64,000 bases of DNA, taken from contig OZ024748.1 in assembly GCA_964016885.1 (NCBI GenBank), forward strand, positions 44,578,001-44,642,000. The letters are read 5' to 3'. Source of the DNA: Eledone cirrhosa. Lineage: Eukaryota. Within the stretch, counting starts at the first letter, position 1, and each line of letters opens with the position of its first letter. Positions 1 through 12,619 of the stretch are shown here, one piece after another. A program made the translations under genes and the position numbers. The notes under the pieces are model-generated. The model did no database searches, was not told where the DNA came from, and worked only from the letters and a program-made list of their open reading frames with translations.

Positions 1-91
1 CTTAACCATCCTCACTACAAAAACAAATAATTATACACACACTAAACAGACTACAAAAATACATATTCACACACATTCACTACAGAGACAA

Positions 92-135
<44 letters not shown>

Positions 136-307
136 GTGAACTCACAGACTACATACACATACATTAACACACACACAGGCCAAACATACAGACACGCTAT
201 GAAATCTATAGTGTTATGATGTTCAAAGAACGATTCTTTGATAATTTTAGAAATGTTTCACCAAAATATTGGAAGAAGCTTTGTATTGGAAAATAAGTCT
301 GTGGCAA

Positions 308-2138
308 AATAGATTAGCTTTTGTGTGGTACCATTAATGGTAGATGGTACTGTGGTGGTATTTAGATAGAGCAGCTTTTGTGTGGTACCACGAATTGTGG
401 ATGATATTGTGGTGGTATTTAGATAGAACAGCTTTTGTGTGGTACCATTAATGGTAGATGGTACTGTGGTGGTATTTAGATAGAACAGCTTTTGTGTGGT
501 ACCATTAATGGTAGATGGTACTGTGGTGGTATTTAGATAGAACAGCTTTTGTGTGGTACCATTAATGGTAGATGGTACTGTGGTGGTATTTAGATAGAAC
601 AGCTTTTGTGTGGTACCAGGAATGGTAGATGGTACTGTGGTGGTATTTAGATAGAACAGCTTTTGTGTGGTACCACGAATTGTGGATGATATTGTGGTGG
701 TATTTAGATAGAACAGCTTTTGTGTGGTACCATTAATGGTAGATGGTACTGTGGTGGTATTTAGATAGAACAGCTTTTGTGTGGTACCATTAATGGTAGA
801 TGGTACTATGGTGGTATTTAGATAGAACAGCTTTTGTGTGGTACCAGGAATGGTAGATGGTACTGTGGTGGTATTTAGATAGAACAGCTTTTGTGTGGTA
901 CCACGAATTGTGGATGATATTGTGGTGGTATTTAGATAGAACAGCTTTTGTGTGGTACCATTAATGGTAGATGGTACTGTGGTGGTATTTAGATAGAACA
1001 GCTTTTGTGTGGTACCATTAATGGTAGATGGTACTGTGGTGGTATTTAGATAGAACAGCTTTTGTGTGGTACCATTAATGGTAGATGGTACTGTGGTGGT
1101 ATTTAGATAGAACAGCTTTTGTGTGGTACCATTAATGGTAGATGGTACTGTGGTGGTATTTAGATAGAACAGCTTTTGTGTGGTACCATTAATGGTAGAT
1201 GGTACTGTGGTGGTATTTAGACAGAACAGCTTTTGTGTGGTACCATTAATGGTAGATGGTACTGTGGTGGTATTTAGATAGAACAGCTTTTGTGTGGTAC
1301 CATTAATGGTAGATGGTACTGTGGTGGTATTTAGATAGAACAGCTTTTGTGTGGTACCATTAATGGTAGATGGTATTGTGGTGGTATTTAGACAGAACAG
1401 CTTTCTGTGGTACCAGGAATGGTAGATGGTATTGTGGTGGTATTTAGATAGAACAGCTTTTGTGTGGTACCATTAATGGTAGATGGTACTGTGGTGGTAT
1501 TTAGATAGAACAGCTTTTGTGTGGTACCATTAATGGTAGATGGTATTGTGGTGGTATTTAGATAGAACAGCTTTTGTGTGGTACCATTAATGGTAGATGG
1601 TATTGTGGTGGTATTTAGATAGAACAGCTTTTGTGTGGTACCATTAATGGTAGATGGTACTGTGAAGGTATTTAGACAGAACAGCTTTTCTGTGGTACCA
1701 TTAATGGTAGATGGTACTGTGGTGGTATTTAGATAGAACAGCTTTTGTGTGGTACCATTAATGGTAGATGGTACTGTGGTGGTATTTAGATAGAACAGCT
1801 TTTGTGTGGTACCATTAATGGTAGATGGTACTGTGGTGGTATTTAGATAGAACAGCTTTTGTGTGGTACCATTAATGGTAGATGGTACTGTGGTGGTATT
1901 TAGATAGAACAGCTTTTCTGTGGTACCATTAATGGTAGATGGTACTGTGAAGGTATTTAGACAGAACAGCTTTTCTGTGGTACCATTAATGGTAGATGGT
2001 ACTGTGGTGGTATTTAGATAGAACAGCTTTTGTGTGGTACCATTAATGGTAGATGGTACTGTGGTGGTATTTAGATAGAACAGCTTTTGTGTGGTACCAT
2101 TAATGGTAGATGGTACTGTGGTGGTATTTAGACAGAAT
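308..2138. repeat. 57-bp minisatellite, about 32 copies
   Basis: Unit TAGAACAGCTTTTGTGTGGTACCATTAATGGTAGATGGTACTGTGGTGGTATTTAGA recurs with period 57 (e.g. 481, 538). It has an internal palindrome TACCATTAATGGTA and a few recurring variant units. Confidence 0.97.
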
Positions 2139-2314
2139 AATTTTGAAAATAATCCAACATTTGAAGGGATCTAATAAAATAACTAATTTTCTCATTATTT
2201 AGATGTTTTAGAACAGAGTAAAGAGGGGTTCTTACATAAGATTATGCTGGAAGGTCTGTAGATAAATGAGCTAGACAGTCACCTATTGCAACCTGCCTCT
2301 TATGGGACAACTCG

Positions 2315-2375
2315 TCTAACCCATGCTAGCATGGGAAAATGGACGTTAAACGATGATGATGTTGATGATGATGAG
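2315..2375 (+). mobile_element. Short RTE-LINE/SINE 3' tail fragment
   Basis: AACCCATGCTAGCATGGGAAAATGGACGTTAAACGATGATGAT resembles the 3' end of the LINE at 60360-60428. Confidence 0.7.
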
Positions 2376-3169
2376 GAGGATAAACAGTGCTAGAATAATA
2401 AGATTTATATTATAAAACTCCTCTCTGGATCTGAAGCAATCTGCTACAAAGTTACTCTCCACCTCCACCACCACCACCACCACCACAACAAAAACAACAA
2501 CAACAACAATGCCGACGACCAGCACCCCCACTGCCACAACCACCACAACCACCACCACCACCACCACCACCACCGCTGCCACCACCACCACCACCACCGC
2601 TGCCACCACCACGACCACCACCAAGGACTTAACACACTGTTCAATCTGAGAATCAAACTTACAACTATATCATTATAAGCCTAACACCCCTAACCGCTAG
2701 GCTGCATACTTTCTATTTCTACAGTGTCGTAAAGAATACAGTGTCGTAAAGAATAGATTTAATTACAATGATTTGTTAATTAAAAGTAATTAACTGAAAG
2801 TAATTAATGAACCATTACACAACATTTGAAAGTTGACTGTCATTGACTTTTATAGTTAATTCTTGAGATAATTTCTGAAATTAAACACTCATCATGATTG
2901 CTGCTGTTTAACCCTAGGTCAGTCCTGACCAGACAGACCTATATCTAAAAGTGTTCCAACTATGACCATCTCACCTTTAATTTTCAGACATTGTATATCT
3001 GAATCTAGGATGATCCCTGTCTCATAGGAGGGGGAGGGTTGGAGCGGTGGAAGGGAGGAGGGGAAGAAGGAGAAAAGGGAGGTGAAGAAGAAGCAAAGAA
3101 GAAGATAGATAAAAAGAAGGGGAAGAAGAGGAAGAGGAAGGAGAAGAAGAAAAAGAAGTGGACGAGAAG

Positions 3170-3365
3170 AATGGTGGATTAGCAGTATCAGTAGAGGGTC
3201 GGACGCCATGCTTTGTAGCATAGAGTTACGTCCCTTTATGGTCTGAGTTCAAATCTCGCTGAGGTTAACTTTGCCTTTCATCCTTCGATAAAATAAAGTA
3301 CCAGTAATACACTGGAATAATTGCTGGCCTTGTGCCAAAAGTAGAAACAATTATTATTATTATTA
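3170..3365 (+). mobile_element. tRNA-derived SINE family A (Meta-domain-like)
   Basis: B-box GAGTTCAAATCTC, central GCCTTTCATCCTT..CGATAAAATAAAGTACCAG motif, tail CTGGCCTTGTGCCAAAAGTAGAAACAA then (TTA)n. About 10 copies in the window. Confidence 0.85.
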
Positions 3366-3589
3366 CTACTTTTACTCAACCTTATTGTAAACCCCCACTG
3401 TCCCTGTCTTTGTGTTGTCCCCTACATGTCAGCCTTGGTGGCTAATAAATGAAATCATTATTATTATTATTCAATGTATTTTTTCCCCATTTTTATTAAA
3501 GATAATTATGGTAATATTTGCGACTATTTCTAGCAAGAGACGTAACCACATATATACACATACATATATATGTATATATATATAAAAAA

Positions 3590-3677
3590 GTTTGACCCCG
3601 ACGGCAGAGCTCAAGCCGTTTCGACGACTATAGAAATAGTCATCGAAATGGCTTGAGCTCTGCCGTCGGGGTCAAAC
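3590..3677. mobile_element. Fold-back remnant carrying a half-hammerhead (Penelope-like terminal repeat)
   Basis: About 40-bp inverted arms GTTTGACCCCGACGGCAGAGCTCAAGCCGTTTCGA / TCGAAATGGCTTGAGCTCTGCCGTCGGGGTCAAAC. GAAA-CGGC..GCCG-TC matches hammerhead stem III plus GUC. Homologues near 25704 and 54850. Confidence 0.6.
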
Positions 3678-4230
3678 ATTTTTCTATTACCCACTCTACT
3701 ACCCTAAGTATTGAGTACTCTGGTGCTTTATGGTCCATCTGGTTCCTTACCACACCTCCTTCGTTATATATATATATATACACATACACACATACATATA
3801 TGTATATATATACACACACATATATGTATATGTATATATACACACACACACATACATGTATATGTATATATATATACACACACACACACATATATATAGT
3901 GACAGGTTTCTGTAGTTCCTTCTACCAAATATTCCTCAAGATATTGTTGTTCAACCTAGTTTGTGGTATAGAAGGAGCCAGGCCGTTGGAATGCTCCTGA
4001 AACCATGTGGGTGCCTGAAACCATTTGGGAGTGGCCCCAAAACCATGTGGGAGTGAAGGCAAACACGTTAATTACACAGCCATGCTGGAGATTCAGGAGA
4101 TTAATAACACGGATGAAGTCAGTGGAGTAACTAAATGAGATCATATATCATCTATTATTGATCTGTTATTGATTTTGATATATTCTGCCCTCCATCTAGT
4201 TCAGGAACTCTATGTACTCTAACATGCAAT

Positions 4231-4910
4231 AGTAACCACCAGCTGGTTTACTAACCATGTGGTGTTAAGTGGTAACCACCAACTGGTTTCCTAACCATGT
4301 AGTGTTATGTGGTAACTACCAGCTGGTTTCCTAACCATGTAGTGTTATGTGGTAACTACCAGCTGGTTTCCTAACCATGTGGTGTTATGTGGTAACCACC
4401 AGCTGGTTTCCTAACCATGTGGTGTTATGTGGTAACCAACAGCTGGTTTCCTAACCATGTGGTGTTAAGTGGTAACCACCAGCTGGTTTCCTAACCATGT
4501 GGTGTTATGTGGTAACCACCAGCTGGTTTCCTAACCATGTGGTGTTATGTGGTAACCACCAGCTGGTTTCCTAACCATGTGGTGTTAAGTGGTAACCACC
4601 AGCTGGTTTCCTAACCATGTGGTGTTAAGTGGTAACTACCAGCTGGTTTCCTAACCATGTGGTGTTATGTGTTAACCACCAGCTGGTTTCCTAACCATGT
4701 GGTGTTAAGTGGTAACCACCAGCTGGTTTCCTAACCATGTGGTGTTAAGTGGTAACTACCAGCTGGTTTCCTAACCATGTGGTGTTATGTGGTAACCACC
4801 AGCTGGTTTCCTAACCATGTGGTGTTAAGTGGTAACTACCAGCTGGTTTCCTAACCATGTGGTGTTAAGTGGTAACCACCAGCTGGTTTCCTAACCATGT
4901 GGTGTTAAGT
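4231..4910. repeat. 40-bp minisatellite, about 17 copies
   Basis: Unit GGTAACCACCAGCTGGTTTCCTAACCATGTGGTGTTAWGT with exact period 40. Confidence 0.97.
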
Positions 4911-4929
4911 TCAAGTTAACACCACATGG

Positions 4930-5760
4930 GGTTTGTCTGTTGTGGGGGTGTTGGTGTGTGGGTCTGTGTGTTGTGAAGTGTCTGTGTGTTGTGAGGGGGT
5001 CTGTGTGTTGTGAGGGTGTCTGTGTGTTGTGAGGGTGTCTGTGTTGTGTGTTGGTCTGTGTGTTATGTGAGGGTGTCTGTGTGTTGGTCTGTGTGTTATG
5101 CGAGAGTGTGTGTGTTGTGAGGGGGTCTGTGTGTTGGTCTGTGTGTTGTGAGGAGGTCTGTGTGTTGTGAGGGTGTCTGTGTGTTGTGTGTTGGTCTGTG
5201 TGTTGTGTGTTGGTCTGTGTGTTATGCGAGTGTCTGTGTGTTGCGAGGGTGTCTGTGTGTTGGTCTGTGTGTTGTGAGGGGGTCTGTGTGTTGTGTGTTA
5301 GTCTGTGTGTTATGCGAGCGTGTCTGTATGTTGTGAGGGTGTCTGTGTGTTGTGTATTGGTCTGTGTGTTATGCGAGAGTGTCTGTGTGTTGTGAGGGCG
5401 TCTGTGTGTTGGTCTGTGTGTTGTGAGGGGGTTTGTGTATTGTGAGGGGGTCTGTGTATTGTGAGGGGTCTGTGTGTTGTGAGGGTGTTGTGAAGGGGTC
5501 TGTGTGTTGTGAGGGTGTCTGTGTGTTGTGTGTTGGTCTGTGTGTTATGTGTGTTGGTCTGTGTATTATGCGAGAGTCTCTGTGTGTTGTGAGGGTGTCT
5601 GTGTGTTATGCGAGGGTGTCTGTGTGTTGTGAGGGTGTCTGTGTGTTGTGTGTTGGTCTGTGTGTTATGTGTGTTGGTCTGTGTGTTATGCGAGAGTCTC
5701 TGTGTGTTGTGAGGGTGTCTGTGTGTTGGTCTGTGTGGGGGTCTGTTGTGTGTTGGTCTG
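4930..5760. repeat. TG-rich compound low-complexity repeat
   Basis: Reiterated GTCTGTGTGTTGTGAGG(G) modules. Confidence 0.9.
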
Positions 5761-6089
5761 TCAGTACATCTAGCCACATCTAATGGCACATTTCTGCCCC
5801 ATGGCACACAGTTTAGGAACTGCTGCTCCAGGGTGTCGAGTTTCCAATCTCCAAAAGATGAAACTCCTTAGAGACAAAAATAAGAACATCTCAAATAATT
5901 TATTCTAATAACCCAAATTTAAAACTTTACTCTGGATTAAATAAAAACTAAAAATATAATTTGTTTTTTTAAATTAAATTTTCAATTGAATTGAAATTTC
6001 AATTTTACATTTTTCTTTCGTTCTTTTAACAATTTCCGATTGAGAAAAAACAGGTTAAAAATAGATTACTGATAGTAGCAGTGTTAGAG

Positions 6090-7165
6090 TGAGGATGATG
6101 ATGGTGATGATGGTGATGATGGTGATGATGATGATGGTGATGATGGTGATGGTGATGAGGATGGTGATGATGGTGATGGTGATGATGGTGGTGATGGTGA
6201 TGATGGTGATGATGATGATGGTGATGATGATGATGGTGATGATGATGATGATGATGATGGTGATGATGGTGATGATGGTGATGATGGTGATGATGGTGAT
6301 GGTGGTGATGATGATGATGGTGATGGTGATGATGGTGATGGTGATGATGGTGATGATGGTGGTGATGATAATGGTAGTGATGATAATGGTGATGTTGATG
6401 ATGATAGTAGTGGTGGTGGTGATGATAGTTGTGGTGGTGATGATGGTGATGGTGATAATGATAGCAGTGGTGGTGGTGATGTTGGTGACGATAGTAGTGG
6501 TGGTGGTGATGGTGATAATGATAGCAGTGGTGGTGGTGATGTTGGTGACGATAGTAGTGGTGGTGGTGATGGTGATGGTGATAATGGTGATGGTGGTGGT
6601 GATAGTGAGGATGGTAGTGATGATGGTGATTTTGGTAATTATCATTGCAACTTAATTATGAAATAATGTTTTTAACAACAACATAATCACCAACAACACT
6701 ACCACCACCACCAACACCAACAACAACAACACTACCACCGCCACCACCACCAACACCACCAACACCACCAACAACAACAACACTACCACCACCAACAACA
6801 ACAACACTACCACCACCACCAACAACAACACTACCACCACTACCACCAACACCACCACCACCAACAACACCACCACCAACATGACCAACACCACCACCAA
6901 CAACAACAACACTACCACAACCAACACCAACACTACCACACCACCAACAACACTACCACACCACCAACAACACTACCACCACCAACACTACCACCACCAA
7001 CAACAACACTACCACCAACACCACCAACAACACTACCACCACCAACAACAACAACACTACCACCACCAATACTATCACCACGACCAACATCACCACCACC
7101 ACGACCAACAACAACACCACCACCACCACTACCAACACCACCACCAACAACAACAACAATAACAA
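6090..7165. repeat. Trinucleotide microsatellite blocks (GAT/GGT)n then (CAC/CAA)n
   Basis: Directly visible. Explains the poly-M/V/I/T/H ORFs. Confidence 0.95.
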
Positions 7166-7279
7166 GAATTATACAAAGGTTAAATTGAATGATAATAAAG
7201 TTTCTTATTTCAAAAAGCTCAGACAATTGAGGTTTGGAATCTGGAATTTTAGGAGAAATAACGCCAACATTTTATATAA

Positions 7280-7470
7280 ATAATTGTTTCTACTTTAGGC
7301 ACAAGGCCAGCAATTACCCAGTGCATTACTGGTACTTTATTTTATCAATCCCGTAAGGATGAAAGGCAAAGTCAACCTCGGCGGGATTTGAACTCAGATC
7401 ATAAAGGGACGTAACTATGCTGGAAAGCATGGCGTCCAACCCTCTACCAATACTGCCAATCCACCACCTT
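7280..7470 (-). mobile_element. SINE family A copy
   Basis: Reverse complement of the 26751-26950 element. Confidence 0.85.
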
Positions 7471-7777
7471 TCCACCACATTTTATATAAATAATAAACAT
7501 TAGTTGACCTGCAATTGTATTCTTTCGGTTATTGATTAAATAAAGGAAATATATCATTGATTGACTTGTTCCCACCCTCCTCTTTACCTACCCCAACGTT
7601 TTCCTCCTACAATTTAACCCTTTTCTTACCATAATTCTAACGAAAGACACTACCTATGATTTTCAAATAATTTTGATAATTATAAAAAGATTCGAGAGAT
7701 TTAGTTATATAAGTATTTAGTATATATAGTAATATAAACTTTTTCATTGTTAAGCTGGTGTTTGGAACATAACTTAA

Positions 7778-8663
7778 CCCTTTAGCATTTAAACCGGTCA
7801 TATCCGGCCAGAATTCTCTCACCTCTTTCTGTTCAAACTGGCCATAACAGGCCACTGATACTGATGTTAAGGTATTGTTCTCAAAATAAATAATATCAGA
7901 ATCTCATAGATTCAATATTGTGTGAGATATTATGTGAGATAAAGTGTTTACTGTGACAATACAATAGTATATATAGAGTAATGTAAATGTTATGTGAGAT
8001 ATTATGTGAGGTAAAGCCTTTACTGTGAAAATACAATAGTATATATAAAGTAATGTGAGATATTATGTGAGATAAAGCCTTTACTGTGAAAATACAATAG
8101 TAAATATAGAGTAATGAAATGTTATGTGAGGTAAAACCTTTACTGTGAAAATACAATAGTATATATAGAGTGATGTAGATATTATGTGAGGTAAAGCCTT
8201 TATTGTGAAAATACAATAGTATATATAGAGTAATGTAAATATTATGTGAGGTAAAGCCTTTACTGTGAAAATACAATAGTATATATAGAGTAATGTAAAT
8301 ATTATGTGAGATATGTGAGGTAAAGCCCTTACTGTGAAAATACAATAGTATATATAGAGTAATGAAATGTTATGTGAGATATTATGTGAGGTATGCCTTT
8401 ACTGTGAAAATACAATAGTATATATAGAGTAATGTAGATGTTATGTGAGATATTATGTGAGGTGAAGCCTTTAATGTGAAAATACAATAGTATATATAGA
8501 GTAATGTAGATGTTATGTGAGATATTATGTGAGGTAAAGCCTTTACTGTGAAAATACAATAGTATATATAGAGTAATGAAATGTTATGTAAGATATTATG
8601 TGAGGTAAAGCCTTTACTGTGAAAATACAATAGTATATATAGAGTAATGCAAATGATAAAGGG
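7778..8663. mobile_element. piggyBac-type MITE with an internally expanded 60-71 bp tandem array
   Basis: TTAA|CCCTTTAGCATTT ... AAATGATAAAGGG|TTAA. Same family as the unexpanded copy at 45063-45270. Its 3' subterminal segment is repeated about 11 times. Confidence 0.9.
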
Positions 8664-10113
8664 TTAACAAAGGTTTTTACATCAAATTATAATGGAAGGT
8701 TTCTAGATAAATATAAACACTTTAGACTAAAATTTTGTATCATAGAACCAGAGGTGTTTGGAACATAACTTAAAGGTTCTTACACAAAATATTTTGTACC
8801 ACAGCAGCAAGGATGGTCACAGATGGATTGTTATCAAAATGTTTCAGAGATGTGATCAGGGCAATAACCTTGACTTTTGGAGGCCAATGACCTTGACCTT
8901 TGTAGGACTTCTGATCCTAGCAGCTCCCCCCCCCACACACATATATAGTAATGGAGACAGACACACGCATTCATTCATTCACATTCACACATGGGTACAT
9001 ACATATGTGCATAAACACATACAGTCACATATACACATACAGTCACATACACACAAACACATACAGTCACATATACACACACAGTCACATAGTTACAGAC
9101 ACAGAAAGAAAAATACAGCCATATACACAAACACACATATATAGACACATACACACACATATACAGACACACACACCCATATACAGACACATACACATAT
9201 ACAGACATACACACACACATACACACACACATATATACAGACATACACACATACAGACACACACATATAAAGACACACACACACAGACACACACACACAT
9301 ATACAGACGTACACACACATATACAGACACATACACACAGCCACACGCACACATATACAGACACATACACACATATACAGAGACACACACATATACAGAC
9401 ACATACACACATATAGACACACACACACATGTACAGACACTCATATAGAGAGACATACACACATACACACATACACAGACACACACACACATACACACAT
9501 ATACACACACACACATATACAGACGCATACACACACACAGACGCATACACACATACAGACGCATACACACACACACATATACACACACACACATATACAG
9601 ACGCATACACACACATATACAGACACACACACACACACACATACACACATATACAGACGCATACACACACACACACACATATACAGACACATAGAGAGAG
9701 AGACATCTGTGCAGTGGTGCCATCTATACACACCTTGGAAAGGTAAAAACAAGTCCAGGCTGCATGGTTAATAGCCAAGTTCTTCTCAGTCCCCTCTTCT
9801 GCTGTGACTGATAGAAGCCTTCTCCTTGGCAACAGCCAACACCAAACGCAGAATCTCCACAGTTTAACATCCAAAGAGAGGAAGAACAAAAGAACAGACC
9901 AAACGAAAGAGACTCCCGAAAGAAACAGGAAGGAAGGAAAGAAGGAAAGAAAAGACCGAAGGAAGGAAGAAAGGAAGGAAGGAAGAAAGGAACTATAAGT
10001 CTCACAGCAGCTTCATCATTCTTTCTTCCCTCCTCTCCACCTCTTCTCTGTGTGTCTGTCTGTGTGTGTGCCGCTGAGTGTGTGTGTGTGCCTGTGTGTG
10101 TGTGCGCGTGTGT

Positions 10114-10510
10114 CAGGTATTCATCTACAGAGGCAGGTAAAGTGTGTGTGTGTGTGTGCGTGTTTGTGTGTGTATGTGTTAGTATGTGTGTGTGTACATG
10201 TGTGTGTGTGTGTGTCAGGTATTCTCCATCTACAGAGGCAGGTAAAGTGTGTGCGTGTTTGTGTGTGTTAGTATGTGTGTGTATATATGTGTGTGTGTGT
10301 CAGGTATTCTCCATCTACAGAGGCAGGTAAAGTGTGTGTGTGTGTGTGAGTGTACCTGTGTGTGAGTGTACCTGTGTGTGTGTGTGCGTCAGGTATTCTC
10401 CATCTACAGAGGCAGGTAAAGTGTGTGTGTGTGTGTGAGTGTACCTGTGTGTGAGTGTACCTGTGTGTGTGTGTGCGTCAGGTATTCTCCATCTACAGAG
10501 GCAGGTAAGA
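10114..10510 (+). repeat. Five copies of a CAG-GTATTCTCCATCTACAGAGGCAG-GTAA cassette separated by (TG)n
   Basis: Copies near 10115, 10216, 10301, 10390 and 10479. The last ends in CAG|GTAAGA. Confidence 0.9.
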
Positions 10511-10935
10511 TATAAACACCATCAACAGACTAAGATAGCATTCAAATAACCATTGCATCAGTTCTTATTAGTGTCATATTAACAGGGGGGGGGGATAGTG
10601 GGGGAGAGGATAGGGGGAGAGGTGAGAGAGGGGAGAGAGGAGAGAGGGTGAGAGAGGGGAGAGAGGAGAGAGGGTGAGAGTTAGAGGGTGAGAGAGGTGA
10701 GAGAGGGGGAGAGAGGAGAGAGGGTGAGAGTTAGAGGGTGAGAGCGGGGGAGAGAGGAGAGAGGGTGAGAGTTAGAGGGTGAGAGAGGGGGAGAGAGGAG
10801 AGAGGGTGAGAGTTAGAGGGTGAGAGCGGGGGAGAGAGGAGAGAGGGTGAGAGTTAGAGGGTGAGAGAGATAGATGATTAGTTGATAGAAAAACTTCTGC
10901 AGCAAACCTTAAAGTGATGATGCCAAAGTATGTGC

Positions 10936-10968
<33 letters not shown>

Positions 10969-11778
10969 CACATACATATGTGCGTGTGTGTCTATATATA
11001 TATATATATACACATACATATGTGCGTGTGTGTATATATATATATATATATATACATATGTGTGTGTGCGTGTGTGTGTGTGTGCGTGTGTAAACTGCGA
11101 AAGGCTGAGAGGATAATATGGTTTAAGTAGCCGTGTTTTGATTGGGAGCTGAGCTGATAATTACAACAACAATAACAATAACAACAGCTAGAAAGATTAT
11201 AACCAACTGACAGGCCATAAATTATTGATGGTGATGATAGTAATGATGATGATAGTTGTGGTGGTAGTAGTGGTGGTGGTGGTGGTAGTGATGATAGTGA
11301 TGATGATGATGATAGTTGTGGTGGTAGTAGTGGTGGTGGTGGTGGTGGTACTGACTGTGAAGGTTGTGGTGGTAGTAGTGGTGGTGGTGGTGGTGGTGGT
11401 ACTGACTGTGAAGGTTGTGGTGGTAGTTCTTACTGTGAAGGTTGTGGTAGTAGTGGTGGTGGTGGTGGTGGTGGTGGTAGTACTGACTGTGAAGGTTGTG
11501 GTGGTAGTTCTTACTGTGAAGGTTGTGGTAGTAGTGGTGGTGGTGGTGGTGGTGGTGGTGGTGGTAGTACTGACTGTGAAGGTTGTGGTGGTAGTAGTGG
11601 TGGTGGTGGTGGTGGTGGTGGTGGTAGTACTGACTGTGAAGGTTGTGGTGGTAGTAGTGGTGGTGGTGGTGGTAGTAGTAATATGACTGTGAAGGTATTG
11701 GGCAGTTAAACTAAGTCTTACTTCTTCTCTGAGTCAACATGAATGACAAAATATTATAATTACACAAATGTGTGTGTG

Positions 11779-11809
<31 letters not shown>

Positions 11810-11846
11810 GTATATAAGTGGTTACACAACAGTTAGTTCACCATAC

Positions 11847-12020
11847 CGAGAACAATTGTTTCACCTTAGCGGATCCTCAGCTCGTAATTACGAGAACAAT
11901 TGTTTCACCTTAGCGGATCCTCAGCTCGTAATTACGAGAACAATTGTTTCACCTTAACGGATCCTCAGCTCGTAATTACGAGAATAATTGTTTCACCTTA
12001 GCGGATCCTCAGCTCGTAAT
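11847..12020 (-). ncRNA. Tandem array of four minimal type I hammerhead ribozyme motifs (44-nt period)
   Basis: Minus-strand unit CGAG-CUGAGGA-UCC GCUAA GGU-GAAA-CAAUUG-UU-CUCG plus UAAUUA linker. Units start at 11847, 11891, 11935 and 11979 (plus coordinates). Confidence 0.8.
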
Positions 12021-12291
12021 CCGCTAAGGTGAAACAATTGTTCTCGGTATGGTGAACTAACTGTTGTGTAACCACTTCTACCTACTCGTCCCATGGACTG
12101 AGTGCTCTACCACTACGGATATTACCTTCCAGTGTTCTACCTATATCCAGAGAGTGTAACTTGGAGTTACTGTAGGTTCATCCAGGTGAGCACTCGATGT
12201 TTAGGTTCACTTCTGTGTTGAGGTGTAGAGCTAGACAGGGTGTAGTATAATAAAACAAGCACGAGTGGTTACTCCATTATGTTTGTTAGTT

Positions 12292-12376
12292 GGTGATGCG
12301 CGTTTCGCCACTGATCAGCTCACGGTTTGATCTGTATCGATCTAACCTGACTCTGTAATCCACAGCTCATCAGACC
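12292..12376 (-). ncRNA. Type I hammerhead motif with long stem II insert (slightly degenerate)
   Basis: GGU-CUGAUGA-GCUG...(about 50 nt)...UGGC-GAAA-CGCGCA-UC-ACC. One probable CpG-decay mismatch in stem III. Confidence 0.65.
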
Positions 12377-12619
12377 CCTTTTAGTTGTAATGAAAACATT
12401 TTTTCATTCGTCCTTGTTTTGTTTTATTATATATATATATATATATATTGTACATACACACACATATGATAGACAACAGAGGCCACGTGTTGTCCCTCTC
12501 CGACTAAAAACTTTACCTCCTCGGAAAACCCCCAGTTGATGGATGCAAAATCCGAAATATAGGGACAATTAAATCACTTCCAAGGTAACTATCTCGTGTT
12601 ATTATTTTTACACTCTTTG

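Larger units (their letters stand above)
11816..12420 (-). mobile_element. Penelope-like element terminal-repeat remnant (non-coding)
   Basis: Perfect 59-bp inverted arms 11816-11874 / 12019-12077, several hammerhead motifs, (TA)n flanks, diverged homologue at 47270-47440. The family call is inferred from the hammerhead plus inverted-end architecture. Confidence 0.6.

Noticed and set aside
308-2180. Stop-free minus-strand frame LNTTTVPSTINGTTQKLFY (mucin-like, with N-glycosylation sequons)
   Set aside because: An open frame in a 57-bp unit is expected by chance, a 1-nt deletion near 1402 breaks it, and nothing else supports an exon.
2202-2260. Possible terminal coding exon DVLEQSKEGFLHKIMLEGL* after an acceptor-like TTTCTCATTATTTAG
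   Set aside because: Too short, no recognisable homology, and no convincing partner exon.
8868-8900. TGACCTTGACCT nuclear-receptor DR0-like site
   Set aside because: A single short motif, common in molluscan repeats, with no independent support.
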